NCBI GenBank assembly: GCA_964490125.1
Contig: CAZBAJ010000006.1
Span: 1-60,144, forward strand
Source: an uncultured Candidatus Saccharibacteria bacterium
Lineage (GTDB): Bacteria; Patescibacteriota; WWE3; UBA101185; UBA10185
Reading direction: 5' to 3'
DNA length: 60,144 nt
Below, piece after piece: positions 24,145 through 34,284 of this stretch; positions within the stretch are counted from its first letter, which is position 1, and the number at the start of each line of letters is the position of its first letter. The notes under the pieces were generated by a model that did no database searches, was not told where the DNA came from, and worked only from the letters and a program-made list of their open reading frames with translations. The translations under genes and the position numbers were made by a program.

Positions 24145-24636
24145 ATGGGGAAAAATAAGTTGCAAAGACCTAGCTGGGACGAGTATTTTTTAAACATCGC
24201 GGATCTAGTGTCCACAAGATCTACTTGCGACAGGTTGTTTGTGGGTGCAGTTTTAGTTAGAGATAGAATGATCCTTTCCACAGGCTACAATGGTGCTCCT
24301 AGGCATACCGATCAGTGTGATGAACAAGGTCATTACTTAAAAGACGGGCATTGTGTTAGAACGGTCCATGCGGAAGAAAATACGGTTGCTCAAGCTGCTT
24401 ACCATGGAATAAGTACTAAAGGTGCGACACTCTACACTAATTATTTTCCCTGTGAGCTGTGCGTAAGGTTACTAATAAACGCCGGCATACAAAAAATAGT
24501 TTACAGGATTATGTATTCAAATTTGGATGCAGAATTTTCTCTTAATATGCTGAAACAGGCGGGGGTAGAGATTTTAAAGTTGGGAGTTAAGGACAATGTC
24601 AGTTCTATCAAAAAAAGAAATTCTTCAAAAAATTAA
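24145..24636 (+). CDS. dCMP deaminase / ComEB family
   Basis: RSTC...VGAVLV, GYNG, HAEENT, PCELC. Confidence 0.9.
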   Translation: MGKNKLQRPSWDEYFLNIADLVSTRSTCDRLFVGAVLVRDRMILSTGYNGAPRHTDQCDEQGHYLKDGHCVRTVHAEENTVAQAAYHGISTKGATLYTNYFPCELCVRLLINAGIQKIVYRIMYSNLDAEFSLNMLKQAGVEILKLGVKDNVSSIKKRNSSKN

Positions 24637-25234
24637 ATCAAAACAGCTTCGTTTTACTCCAGCTCTGGACAGTTTTCAGCTTCGTATGCACTCTATAGAT
24701 TTGCGATTGGGTTTCAATTTTATGTTGCCAAAATCTTGGGATATTAACGACAAAGGTAGGATTGCTTTAAACATAGATTACCTAAACAGAACAGACAAAA
24801 AGTATTTTGATTCAATCAGACTCAAGCCATGTCAGTATTTTGAGATTCTGCCTCGTGAATTTGTTGTTGTCGAGACATTAGAGCGAGTTAAACTTCCTTT
24901 AGATGTTATGGCAGTTTTATACCCCAGATCCTCTGTCAACAGGAGAGGATTGTCTGTAGATATGAGTGGAATAATCGATGCGGGATATGAGGGAAGCTTG
25001 ATAATTCCGCTAAAAAACAATACCGGATCGCAAATAATCCGTGTTTACCCGGGTGAGAGATTTTGTCAATTGGTTTTTCATGCCCTGCAGACAAGCGTCG
25101 ACTTGCAGACTAGTAGGTACGCAAAGAAGAAGGCTTCTTCAGGTTCATTAAAGGAAAGTAGTGTTGACGAGGTTAAGTACATATCAGACGGTCTGTTGTC
25201 CCAACTTAAGTCCGAACATTCTCTAGCTTTTTGA
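24596..25234 (+). CDS. dcd: dCTP deaminase
   Basis: SIDLRLG, RSSVNRRGL, GIIDAGYEG, GERFCQLVF. Confidence 0.9.
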   Translation: MSVLSKKEILQKIKSKQLRFTPALDSFQLRMHSIDLRLGFNFMLPKSWDINDKGRIALNIDYLNRTDKKYFDSIRLKPCQYFEILPREFVVVETLERVKLPLDVMAVLYPRSSVNRRGLSVDMSGIIDAGYEGSLIIPLKNNTGSQIIRVYPGERFCQLVFHALQTSVDLQTSRYAKKKASSGSLKESSVDEVKYISDGLLSQLKSEHSLAF

Positions 25235-26084
25235 ACTGACTTAATGAAAAATCGTAGTCTCTTAGCCAATCGCCCTGTTTATTGTCGTTTTTGATATGTT
25301 TTAATGTAAATTCAACTTGTTTTTGAGCGGTTTCTAAAGCTAGAATGTATACCAGGTCAACATCAACCATATCGTTGCTGTATTTTTCCAAGACAGAGCA
25401 TGCGACATCTGTAAAACTTTCATTTGGCATGTAATTCCAGCAAAATACCGCAGTTCTTGCCAAGTCGTATTCTCTTGGTCCAATAGTTGCTAATTCAAAG
25501 TCCATAACCGCTACTAATTTGTCATACGACACCAGTACATTGTGCGGTGTTAAATCTCCGTGAAGAAGGACAGGCGATGTTAGCGGTTTGGTAACTGGCT
25601 TCATCACATTTTCGTTTTCCGTGTCCATTTGCATATTTAAGTTAGCCGGAATGTTTTTGACACTAAAAGCGTGGATTTTCTTTAGTAAGTCGACAATTTG
25701 TCCTAAAATGTCATACGACATGTTTAACGGGGCAAGACCAGAAATATAGTGCGACAACCTAATTATTTTGTCCTCAAATCGGCAAATATAGTCGCCATTT
25801 AGGTTCTTAATGTAGCGTGGGGTAGGTACGATGTCGCCCAACAAGTCAGAAAGCTCAATATCTTTTCTAACGCCAGCCTCCTTTTCCTCACTCCAGTCGG
25901 CAAGTTTTAATAAGTACTCTTTATCGTCGGACGACTTTAGATACATTGCCGTAGTGTGATAGCCCCAGGAAAGCACCTCCAAATATTTTATGTCGACTTG
26001 GTAGCTTTGATATACAAATTGCGTCAACTTGGTATGGTAATCTTTTAACCCCGCAATATATTTTTGTTCCGCGTCGTTTTGCAT
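25206..26084 (-). CDS. Aminoglycoside phosphotransferase / choline-kinase-like protein
   Basis: LHGDLTPHNVL and AVMDFE motifs. Confidence 0.8.
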   Translation of the reverse strand: MQNDAEQKYIAGLKDYHTKLTQFVYQSYQVDIKYLEVLSWGYHTTAMYLKSSDDKEYLLKLADWSEEKEAGVRKDIELSDLLGDIVPTPRYIKNLNGDYICRFEDKIIRLSHYISGLAPLNMSYDILGQIVDLLKKIHAFSVKNIPANLNMQMDTENENVMKPVTKPLTSPVLLHGDLTPHNVLVSYDKLVAVMDFELATIGPREYDLARTAVFCWNYMPNESFTDVACSVLEKYSNDMVDVDLVYILALETAQKQVEFTLKHIKNDNKQGDWLRDYDFSLSQFKKLENVRT

Positions 26085-26237
26085 GCTGACTTTATACCTT
26101 ACGCAATAGGTTATTACAATAGGGGAGTTTAATTATAAAGCAGTAAGATTTAGAAAAACAATCAGTCAATAGACTGCTGTTAGTAACAAGTAAATTCTAG
26201 CTGATGCAGTAAAGCTAGATTCTAATAGTAAAGGATA

Positions 26238-26266
26238 TTGACAAAAACAAAGTCAGGTGATATAAG
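26238..26266 (+). promoter_or_regulatory. sigma70 promoter of AbrB-PIN TA operon
   Basis: TTGACA-17 nt-TATAAG, 6 nt before ATG; AAGTCAG direct repeat overlaps it. Confidence 0.75.
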
Positions 26267-26272
26267 TCAGAC

Positions 26273-26548
26273 ATGCAAATATCAAAAATTTCGTCCAAAA
26301 ACCAAATAACTTTAACCAAAGATCTGTTGGACCACTTGTCTATAGGCGCTGGCGATAGAGTCTTAATTGATTTAGCCCCTGATAACGGGGCATTTTTGCG
26401 TCCAATCCACAGCGATCCCATAGAGTATATTGCAAAAAACGCAGAGCTTTTTGCAAAAAGACTACCCAAAAGTAAGAGGGGTGCAACCGACAGGCAAATT
26501 ATGGAGGCGACTCAAAAGATAGTAGCAAAGGAATTAGCAAATGGATGA
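26273..26548 (+). CDS. AbrB/MazE/SpoVT-family antitoxin
   Basis: SKISSKNQITLTKDLLDHLSIGAGDRV. Confidence 0.85.
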   Translation: MQISKISSKNQITLTKDLLDHLSIGAGDRVLIDLAPDNGAFLRPIHSDPIEYIAKNAELFAKRLPKSKRGATDRQIMEATQKIVAKELANG

Positions 26549-26951
26549 GTATTTTGTAGACAGCAATGTCATTATCCGTTTTGTGGTAAAAGACGACCCT
26601 ACTATGTATCAGGCGAGCAAAAAGTTTTTTACCCAAGTCAGAAACAAGGAAAAAAAGGGTTTAGTATCAATTTTGGTCTTTCAGGAAGTCGTCTGGGTTT
26701 TAAGTCATTACTACAAGCTAAAAAGAAAAGAAGTTGTGGACAGTTTACAGGAACTTATACTCCTTGAGAATATTTATATTTTTGACGCTAAAAAAGAGCA
26801 GATTTTAGATTTGCTTAAGTATTACGGTCAGTCCACTCTGGATTTGGTCGACATATACTTGCATTTAGAGGCAAAAAAAGTAAACGGTCAGATAATGTCT
26901 TTTGATGAACAGTTAATGCGGGTGGGAAACAATTTCCTGTCGACGGCTTGA
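26541..26951 (+). CDS. PIN-domain toxin
   Basis: FVDSNVIIRF, QEVVWVL, DLVD, MSFDE. Confidence 0.85.
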   Translation: MDEYFVDSNVIIRFVVKDDPTMYQASKKFFTQVRNKEKKGLVSILVFQEVVWVLSHYYKLKRKEVVDSLQELILLENIYIFDAKKEQILDLLKYYGQSTLDLVDIYLHLEAKKVNGQIMSFDEQLMRVGNNFLSTA

Positions 26952-26987
26952 TTACCCTATAAATTATGGTATTATGCTCTAGTCAAA

Positions 26988-28061
26988 ATGAACAATTACA
27001 AGTTTCCTACAGTTGAAGATCTTTTAGAGGCGGGCGTGCATTTTGGGCATTCTATTAACAAGTGGAATCCCAAAATGGAGCCTTACATTTACGCCGCCAA
27101 GCAGGGTGTGCATATTTTAGACTTGGATCAGACCCAAAAACTGCTTAAAGAGGCGGGGGAATATCTGTACGACATTGCCTCAAGAGGCGGGCAGATAATT
27201 TTTGTCTGTACCAAAAAACAAGTCGCCCAAATTGCCAAAGAGCAGGCTTTGCGGTGCGGAGCGTTGTACATGAATGAACGCTGGATTGGTGGGACAATTA
27301 CCAACTTTAGTATTATTAAAAAAAGTGTAGACAAACTTATTAGTTTAAGAAAAAAGCGCGACGCGGGGAATTTGTCTATGTTTACTAAAAAAGAGCGAAT
27401 TTTGATTGACCGCGAGATAGACAAGCTGGAAAAATATTTTGGCGGAGTTGTTGGACTAAAAGGGGAGCCTCAAGCTGTTTTTTTGGTTGACGCCAGGCGC
27501 GAACGCACGGCTATTAATGAGTGCAGGATTTTTGATGTGCCGGTTGTTGCTTTAGTGGACACTAATTCTGATCCTACAGGTATTTATAAACTTATTCCAG
27601 GTAATGACGACGCGGCAAAATCGGTGGGTAAGGTGTTTTCTGTAATTGCGGACTGTATTGAAGCAGGTTATAAAGAGTTTGAGAAAAATAAGGCTGTCGA
27701 CAAGGCTAAACGGGGAGAGGGGGCTACCGCCAGTGGACTCAAGCAGTCCGGATCAGAGGCGGAAAGGTTGACGGATGCAGGTGTGGGTATTGATGCTAAT
27801 GTTGATGTGGTCTCCGATATTCCTGAAGAGCTACTTGATTCTGCCGAAGTGGAGGTTGTTAAGGAGGTAGCGGGGTCAAAGGGCGTAAAGGGTGGGGGAA
27901 AAGCCGGTAAAGCGCAGAAGAAAGTTGGTGAAATTGAGGACGATGAGGTAGAAGAAAGTGCAGATAAAGCGTCGGAAAAAATAGTAAAAAGACCAGCTAA
28001 AGAAAAATCCGCAGGGTCAGTAGAGAAATCGCCCAAGAAAGTCAAAAAGGAGGAAAAATGA
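26988..28061 (+). CDS. rpsB: 30S ribosomal protein S2 with long charged C-terminal tail
   Basis: LLEAGVHFGH, RWIGGTITNF, DTNSDP, PGNDDA. Confidence 0.97.
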   Translation: MNNYKFPTVEDLLEAGVHFGHSINKWNPKMEPYIYAAKQGVHILDLDQTQKLLKEAGEYLYDIASRGGQIIFVCTKKQVAQIAKEQALRCGALYMNERWIGGTITNFSIIKKSVDKLISLRKKRDAGNLSMFTKKERILIDREIDKLEKYFGGVVGLKGEPQAVFLVDARRERTAINECRIFDVPVVALVDTNSDPTGIYKLIPGNDDAAKSVGKVFSVIADCIEAGYKEFEKNKAVDKAKRGEGATASGLKQSGSEAERLTDAGVGIDANVDVVSDIPEELLDSAEVEVVKEVAGSKGVKGGGKAGKAQKKVGEIEDDEVEESADKASEKIVKRPAKEKSAGSVEKSPKKVKKEEK

Positions 28062-28513
28062 GTATAGATATTGAAATGATAAAAAAACTTAGAGAGCAAA
28101 CCGGTGCAGGCGTCATGGATGCCAAAAAAGTGTTGGAAGAAACCGCCGGTGATTTTGAAAAAGCCGTTAAAATTTTAATGGAAAAAGGTTTGGCAAAAAT
28201 AGAGAAAAGAGCTGACAAATCCGCCGGAGAGGGTTTGGTGTTTTCGTATATCCACTCTGGCGCTAAGGTAGGTAGTTTGCTAATGCTTGGTTGTGAGACT
28301 GACTTTGTGGCAAAAACCGAGGAATTTCAAAAGCTGGGTAAGGAGATTGCCATGCAGGTAGCCACCGAGGATTATGTGGACACCCAAGCTTTAATGGACG
28401 CAGAATATGTCCGTGATGCCGGTAAAAAGATTAAGGATTTGATAGGGGAAACGGTAGCCAAGTTGGGTGAAAAAATCGAAATCCGTGCTTTTACCCGGTA
28501 TTCCATAAAATAA
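28058..28513 (+). CDS. tsf: Elongation factor Ts (short form)
   Basis: IKKLREQTGAGVMDAKK, CETDFVA. Confidence 0.95.
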   Translation: MSIDIEMIKKLREQTGAGVMDAKKVLEETAGDFEKAVKILMEKGLAKIEKRADKSAGEGLVFSYIHSGAKVGSLLMLGCETDFVAKTEEFQKLGKEIAMQVATEDYVDTQALMDAEYVRDAGKKIKDLIGETVAKLGEKIEIRAFTRYSIK

Positions 28514-28549
28514 TTAATCGCTGGTAATAGCACAGTCAGAGAACGCAAC

Positions 28550-28573
28550 AAAAAAGCCCGCGTTTGCGAGCTT
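28550..28573 (-). terminator. Hairpin/terminator in the tsf-frr gap
   Basis: Minus strand AAGCTCGC-AAAC-GCGGGCTT followed by a T tract. Confidence 0.5.
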
Positions 28574-28720
28574 ATTTGCCTTGGGGAAAAGCCGATTAAG
28601 GCTCCTCTTTGTCCGAGAATATATGAATGCTATCACACACTCTATAAATACAAATATGACAAAGTATGTGGTTAAATTAGTCTTGTTTTCTAGCTACTTT
28701 CCAAGTACAATGTCGTCAAC

Positions 28721-29269
28721 ATGGTTTTTAAAGAACTTAATCAAAAACTTACACTTTCCCTAGAATTTTTTGTGGCGGAACTTACTAAAATCCGCACTGG
28801 GCGGGCATCAAGCGCGTTGGTAGAAAATTTGGAGGTGGAAGCGTACGGAAGTCGCATGAAGATTAAAGAGCTTGGATCAATTGCCGTGCCGGAGCCTCAA
28901 ACTATTGTAATTTCCCCGTGGGATAAGTCGCTCTTAAAAGAGGTGGACAAAGCTTTGCGGGAAAGCTCTTTAGGCGTAAACCCGGTTGTGGGGGGCGACA
29001 GTATTAAAGTGCCAATCCCTGCGCTTACAGAGGAGCGACGCAAAGAGATGGTAAAAGTGGCGGGGGCAAAGTTGGAGGAGTGTAAAAACTCTATGCGGAA
29101 TTTGCGCCAGGATGCCATGAAGCAGGTTGACAAGGCTTTTGCGGACAAAGAAATAGGCGAGGACGACAAGTTTAATCAGCGGGAAGAGGTTGAGGCTATT
29201 GTTAAAGACTATGTGGACCGGGCGGAGAAGGCTTTGGAAACTAAAAAAGAAGAAATATTAAGGGTTTAG
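28721..29269 (+). CDS. frr: Ribosome recycling factor
   Basis: IRTGRA, PALTEERRKEMVK, RNLRQDA. Confidence 0.96.
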   Translation: MVFKELNQKLTLSLEFFVAELTKIRTGRASSALVENLEVEAYGSRMKIKELGSIAVPEPQTIVISPWDKSLLKEVDKALRESSLGVNPVVGGDSIKVPIPALTEERRKEMVKVAGAKLEECKNSMRNLRQDAMKQVDKAFADKEIGEDDKFNQREEVEAIVKDYVDRAEKALETKKEEILRV

Positions 29270-29332
29270 GATCTTACTTGGTTTTAAGGTGGTTTAGGGC
29301 ATTAAACACTTCTGCCAAACCTCCAAAACATT

Positions 29333-30469
29333 ATGATTGCACTTATTGTTTTTATTCTAATACTTTCCGTTTTGGTGTTAATTCACGAGTTTGGGCATTT
29401 TTTTGTAGCAAGAAAGATGGGCGTTCGTGTGGAGGAGTTTGGCTACGGTATCCCGCCCCGAATTTGGGGTAAAAAAATAGGTGAAACACTTTATTCTATT
29501 AACGCCTTGCCTTTTGGAGGTTTTGTTAAGCTGGCGGGGGAGGACGAGCATATGTCGGTTGACAAGGCAGATGCGGGGAATTACGCCAATAAAAGCCCGT
29601 GGCAACGCCTGGCGATTCTGCTTGCGGGTGTAAGTATGAACCTGCTTTTGGCTGTGGCAGTTTTTTACGCCTTTTTTGCTATTAATAACTTTACTACTTC
29701 CAGTCTGCCTCTTTTGTACGATTATGACTTTAAATTTGGAAAAGTGATTAAAAATAATACGGTGGTTTTTGGTTTTGAGGACGGTTCTTCTGCGCAAAAA
29801 GCTGGTGTGGAATTGGGCGAGTCTATTCAGGAAATTAACGGAACGCGCGTGTTTAATGTCTACGATGTAAGGTATCAAATTAAGGACAAGGGTGGACAGG
29901 AAATTTGGGTAAAACTTTTGGACACTAAGAAGATTAAGCCTTCTTTTAGAGAGGTCAAGATTGTACCAACAAATGACTCAAGCGGTGCAGGATTTTTGGG
30001 TGTGGCTTTAGCAACTTCGGTAAACATTGACTATGGTGGTGGTTTGGTTGACAAACTTACTGCTGGTTTTAAACACGCCTTTAATGTCCTGGCGTATTCT
30101 ATGTCCACTTTTTCTCAGCTTATCAGCACATCCGTAGCACAAAAAAGTATGGAACCTGTTTCTGCCGGAGTTTCTGGTCCTGTGGGAATTTTTTCCGTGG
30201 TTGGCGTGATTTTAAACTATAAGGGGATCAATGCGGTTCTTGGACTTTTGGACTTTACGGCCATTCTTTCTTTGTCGCTTGCTTTTATGAATTTGCTGCC
30301 CATACCGGCTTTGGATGGGGGTAGGGCAGTGTTTGTAGTTTTAGAGGGCGTAACCCGCAAAAAAATAAGCCCAGCGTTTGAGGCAGGTATTCATAAATGG
30401 GGCATGGTAGGTTTATTGGCACTAACCTTTGTTATTACGGCAAAAGACATTGTTAACCTGCGTCTTTAG
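29333..30469 (+). CDS. rseP: RseP/RIP site-2 metalloprotease with PDZ
   Basis: HEFGHF, NALPFGGFVKL, NLLPIPALDGG. Confidence 0.93.
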   Translation: MIALIVFILILSVLVLIHEFGHFFVARKMGVRVEEFGYGIPPRIWGKKIGETLYSINALPFGGFVKLAGEDEHMSVDKADAGNYANKSPWQRLAILLAGVSMNLLLAVAVFYAFFAINNFTTSSLPLLYDYDFKFGKVIKNNTVVFGFEDGSSAQKAGVELGESIQEINGTRVFNVYDVRYQIKDKGGQEIWVKLLDTKKIKPSFREVKIVPTNDSSGAGFLGVALATSVNIDYGGGLVDKLTAGFKHAFNVLAYSMSTFSQLISTSVAQKSMEPVSAGVSGPVGIFSVVGVILNYKGINAVLGLLDFTAILSLSLAFMNLLPIPALDGGRAVFVVLEGVTRKKISPAFEAGIHKWGMVGLLALTFVITAKDIVNLRL

Positions 30470-30501
30470 TCACTCTAAAATTCAGATTCCAAAGTCCGCG
30501 G

Positions 30502-30547
30502 ATGTTTAAACATAACTCTTGACCTATGTTTAAACATTTGGTATAAA
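30502..30547 (+). promoter_or_regulatory. TA promoter with two palindromic operators
   Basis: TTGACC (30519)-17 nt-TATAAA; ATGTTTAAACAT at 30502-30513 and 30526-30537. Confidence 0.75.
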
Positions 30548-30553
30548 ATAACT

Positions 30554-30925
30554 ATGCCACAGTTACAAACCGCCTTCGCCATTGGAAACAGTGTTGCCGT
30601 AACTATACCTAAAAGACTGGGTGTTTTGCCGGGTTTTAGATATAGAAATGTTCCGTCAAAAGGTAAAAGAATAGTTTATGAACCCGTAGAGGAGGGGTTT
30701 GCTACCGCTAGGAGTGTCTCTACAAAAGGATCCGATAAAGCCGTTTTCCAATCTTCAAGCGAGTCTTCCCTTAGGAGAAGCGCAACCAAGTCGAAAAACG
30801 AGCAGTACAAACAATACTTAGAGTATTACAAGGCGCGCGCTGGTGCAATAAAGCTCAATATGACGACAAAAGAATTTATGAAAATTAAAAAATACTGCCA
30901 CGATCATTTTTATGAAGAAGGATAA
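30554..30925 (+). CDS. AbrB/MazE-family antitoxin
   Basis: FAIGNSVAVTIPKRLG. Confidence 0.75.
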   Translation: MPQLQTAFAIGNSVAVTIPKRLGVLPGFRYRNVPSKGKRIVYEPVEEGFATARSVSTKGSDKAVFQSSSESSLRRSATKSKNEQYKQYLEYYKARAGAIKLNMTTKEFMKIKKYCHDHFYEEG

Positions 30926-31364
30926 CAATTCTGTACTTTTGGACAGTAGTTTCATTATTTCCAATCAGATAGTGAATGATTCCTTTAACGATAGGACAAT
31001 TGAGTTATTGGCGGAATTCAGGATTGCAGGGCGATCTTGTTTAGTTGTACCTTTGATTATAGATGAATTTCTTTACATAATCGCCAGGAATTTGCGTGAG
31101 GTGCTTCCACCAAATCATCCTAAAGAAGTTACAAAAAGATTAACTATAGTGACAAATATACTACTCTCGACTAGGAACATAGTTTTTGTTAGTCCAAAAT
31201 ATACAAAAACTGATATGTTAGAAATTCCTAATATTATGTCAAAGTACGACTTAAGACCCCGCGATGCGATGATTGTTAAAAATATGGAGAAGCTGGGCAT
31301 AACGGACATTGTTACATTTGACTCCGATTTTGATAGGGTTAAAGGTATAAATGTGATAAAGTAG
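30912..31364 (+). CDS. PIN-domain toxin
   Basis: LLDSSFII, IIDEFLY, LRPRDAMI, IVTFDSDFDRV. Confidence 0.88.
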   Translation: MKKDNNSVLLDSSFIISNQIVNDSFNDRTIELLAEFRIAGRSCLVVPLIIDEFLYIIARNLREVLPPNHPKEVTKRLTIVTNILLSTRNIVFVSPKYTKTDMLEIPNIMSKYDLRPRDAMIVKNMEKLGITDIVTFDSDFDRVKGINVIK

Positions 31365-31372
31365 CTACAATT

Positions 31373-32797
31373 ATGGCTAAGAAGTTTATTCCAAAAAAGT
31401 CTGACAACATTTCCGATTGGTATAACGCTGTAGTCTTGCAGGCGGAACTCGCGGATTACGGTCCTTCTAAAGGTACGATGATTATCCGCCCTTACGGTTA
31501 TAGAATTTGGGAATTAGTTCGGCAAGCTCTAGACGCAAAGATAAAAGCCAAAGGTGTTGACAACGCCTATTTTCCTTTATTTATTCCCGAATCGTTTTTA
31601 AAAAAGGAAAAAGAACATGTGGAGGGTTTTGCGCCGGAACTTGCCGTTGTAACTATAGGTGGGGGGAAAGAATTGGAAGAGCCACTTATTGTACGACCCA
31701 CCAGTGAAACAATTATGTACGATGCATACTCTAAATGGATTTCTTCTTGGCGCGATCTTCCCATGCTTATAAACCAGTGGAATAATGTTGTGCGGTGGGA
31801 GAAGAGAACCTATATGTTCTTAAGGACTACCGAGTTTTTATGGCAGGAGGGACATACTGCTCACGCTACCCACGATGAGGCTTGGGAAATGGTTCTTTGG
31901 GCAATGGACGCCTATCAGGAGGTTTACAGTGATTTTTTTGCTATGTCTGGCTATAAAGGCATAAAGTCTGACGCAGAAAAATTTGCCGGAGCAGGTCAAA
32001 CCGTTTCCTTTGAATCCTTAATGCCGGACGGAAAGGCTTTGCAAAGTTGCACTTCCCATGATTTGGGGCAGAATTTTGCCAAAGTATTTGATATTAAATT
32101 TCAGGACAAAGACGGAGAGCTAAAGTATGTGTGGCAGACTAGCTGGGGTTTTTCCACTCGGTCAATTGGGGGGTTAATCCTTGCCCACGGCGATGACAAT
32201 GGTTTGTGTTTGCCACCAAAAATAGCGCCACATCAAGTTGTCATTCTGCCTGTAAAATCACAAGAAAATTTGTTAGCAAAAAGTAGAGAGCTGGTTAATT
32301 TGCTGACTGGTACGGGTATAAGGGTACTTCTGGATGATCGGGAGGATGAGACTTTGGGTTACAAAATTAATAAATGGGAATTAAAAGGCGTACCTGTAAG
32401 ATTGGAGTTGGGTGATAGGGAGGTCAAGGAAAACTGCGCGACCTTAATTAGACGGGATACCAGTGAAAAAGTTAATTTGCCGATAGCAAATTTAGCAACT
32501 GGAATTTTAGATCTTTTGCAAACAATCCAAAGTGATATGTTAAGAAAGTCCGACAGATTTTTGCAGGATAATACCCACCTTGTTGACGATTACAGCGACT
32601 TTAAAGCCGTAATGGAGGGTTCAAGGGGGTTTATCAAGGCGTTTTGGTGTGGCAGTTCCGAATGTGAGTCCAAGATAAAAGCCGAAACAAAAGCCACAAC
32701 CAGATGTAGACTTTTGGACGAGAAAGAAGAAGTGGGCAAGTGTGTTTATTGTGGCGGGCAGTCTAACCACCGTTGGATTTTCGGTCAGTCATATTAA
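31373..32797 (+). CDS. proS: Prolyl-tRNA synthetase (archaeal/eukaryote-like type)
   Basis: VRPTSET, FLRTTEFLWQEGHT, SHDLGQNF, C-terminal Zn motif. Confidence 0.96.
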   Translation: MAKKFIPKKSDNISDWYNAVVLQAELADYGPSKGTMIIRPYGYRIWELVRQALDAKIKAKGVDNAYFPLFIPESFLKKEKEHVEGFAPELAVVTIGGGKELEEPLIVRPTSETIMYDAYSKWISSWRDLPMLINQWNNVVRWEKRTYMFLRTTEFLWQEGHTAHATHDEAWEMVLWAMDAYQEVYSDFFAMSGYKGIKSDAEKFAGAGQTVSFESLMPDGKALQSCTSHDLGQNFAKVFDIKFQDKDGELKYVWQTSWGFSTRSIGGLILAHGDDNGLCLPPKIAPHQVVILPVKSQENLLAKSRELVNLLTGTGIRVLLDDREDETLGYKINKWELKGVPVRLELGDREVKENCATLIRRDTSEKVNLPIANLATGILDLLQTIQSDMLRKSDRFLQDNTHLVDDYSDFKAVMEGSRGFIKAFWCGSSECESKIKAETKATTRCRLLDEKEEVGKCVYCGGQSNHRWIFGQSY

Positions 32798-32836
32798 TTT
32801 TTGTAATATCCCAAAAGTGGGTTTAGAATACAAAGT

Positions 32837-33217
32837 ATGTACGATAAAAATTGTTCAATTCGCGATAGCGATTGTTTATTCTGTAAAATAGTGGCGGGGG
32901 AAGAGCCTTGTCAAAAGGTTTTAGAAACAGATGACTTTTTAGTCATAAAAAACAAGTACCCAAAAGCCCCTGTGCATGTATTGGTGGTAGACAAAAAGCA
33001 CCATATGAAAAAAGATACAATCTATGGTTCGTTCTCCAAGTCGCCAAATAATTACTGGGACAGGATGTTTGAGGCAATATTTGGTACAATAACCAAACTT
33101 GGTTTAGATAAGACCGGCTATAAGTTGGTTAACAACGGGGCGGGGTACAATCACTTTGAACATGAGCATTTTCACATTTTAGGTGGTTCCAAAGATGAAC
33201 CGGGTGGCAGTACCTAA
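32837..33217 (+). CDS. HIT family protein
   Basis: DCLFCKI, PKAPVHVLV, HEHFHILGG. Confidence 0.88.
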   Translation: MYDKNCSIRDSDCLFCKIVAGEEPCQKVLETDDFLVIKNKYPKAPVHVLVVDKKHHMKKDTIYGSFSKSPNNYWDRMFEAIFGTITKLGLDKTGYKLVNNGAGYNHFEHEHFHILGGSKDEPGGST

Positions 33218-33261
33218 ATAAGTCAATTATAAGTTTGACACTGAAACGGAGGTGTTTTTTA

Positions 33262-33453
33262 GTGGTCAGAATAAAAGTAAGAAACAACGAGTCGCTTGAG
33301 CAAGCTTTAAGGCGGTTTAACAGGGATGTTTTGCGCGACGGAATTCTAAAAGAATTAAAAGAGCGGGAACATTACACCAAGCCTAGCGAGTGGAAGCGTC
33401 TTAAAAACAAAGAAAAAGCCAGAAAAATATTTTTTGACAGACAGAGGGCATAA
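33262..33453 (+). CDS. rpsU: 30S ribosomal protein S21
   Basis: VRNNESLEQALRRF...EHYTKPSE; GTG start after GGAGG. Confidence 0.92.
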   Translation: MVRIKVRNNESLEQALRRFNRDVLRDGILKELKEREHYTKPSEWKRLKNKEKARKIFFDRQRA

Positions 33454-33746
33454 TGTATATTGGTGTTTCTCTGGTCGACAATAAGACGATTAAGGCATTG
33501 AATAAAAAGCATCTGGGGCGGGATTACGCCACAGATGTTTTGTCGTTTAATTATGATGAGGGGGAATATTTAGGCGATGTGGTTGTATCAACGGAGAAGG
33601 CTAAGGAGCAAGCAAAAAGTTACGGGAACACTTACGAACAAGAAATTGCCGAGCTGGTTGCCCATGGGGTTTTACATTTAATGGGCGTTCATCACAAAGG
33701 AGACGATCATGAAGTTACTAGTAGGTCTAGGAAATCCCGGAGATAA
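33453..33746 (+). CDS. ybeY: rRNA maturation RNase YbeY (short)
   Basis: LNKKHLGRDYATDVLSF, LGDVVV, HGVLHLMG. Confidence 0.88.
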   Translation: MYIGVSLVDNKTIKALNKKHLGRDYATDVLSFNYDEGEYLGDVVVSTEKAKEQAKSYGNTYEQEIAELVAHGVLHLMGVHHKGDDHEVTSRSRKSRR

Positions 33747-34248
33747 ATATAGAAATAACAGGCATAACGCTGGGTTCATTGTTTTGGACGCTTTTGCGCA
33801 GTCAAAAGGACTGTCTTGGTCCGTCAATAAAAAGATTTTGTCGGAAATTAGCATGTCAAAGGATAATGGTTTGATCTTGTTAAAGCCTCATACCTTTATG
33901 AACGAGTCCGGTGACGCTGTAGCAAGGGCGCTCCCGTACTTTAGCATCCAGCCGTCCGATTTGATAGTCATCCACGATGATGTTGATTTGGAGCCTTTGC
34001 AGTTTAAAATTTCCCGTAATTCCTCCTCGGCGGGGCATCACGGGGTGCAAGATATTATAGACAAGCTAGGTACGCAGGACTTCACCAGACTTCGGGTAGG
34101 AATTGGTCGACCTGTGGTTACGGTTGACGGGGCGACACGCACGGTTTTTGATGTAGAAAAGTATGTTCTGCAGGATTTTACCGACCCCCAGCTAGAAGTC
34201 GTAAAAAAACAGGGTTGCGAGTATCTTTTATCCTCACTTAAAGTTTAG
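33709..34248 (+). CDS. pth: Peptidyl-tRNA hydrolase
   Basis: LLVGLGNPG, RHNAGF, FMNESG, VIHDDVD, RLRVGIGRP. Confidence 0.96.
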   Translation: MKLLVGLGNPGDKYRNNRHNAGFIVLDAFAQSKGLSWSVNKKILSEISMSKDNGLILLKPHTFMNESGDAVARALPYFSIQPSDLIVIHDDVDLEPLQFKISRNSSSAGHHGVQDIIDKLGTQDFTRLRVGIGRPVVTVDGATRTVFDVEKYVLQDFTDPQLEVVKKQGCEYLLSSLKV

Positions 34249-34284
34249 TGGATTTTTTGTCCGCAAGCTTTATCTTTAGTAGGC

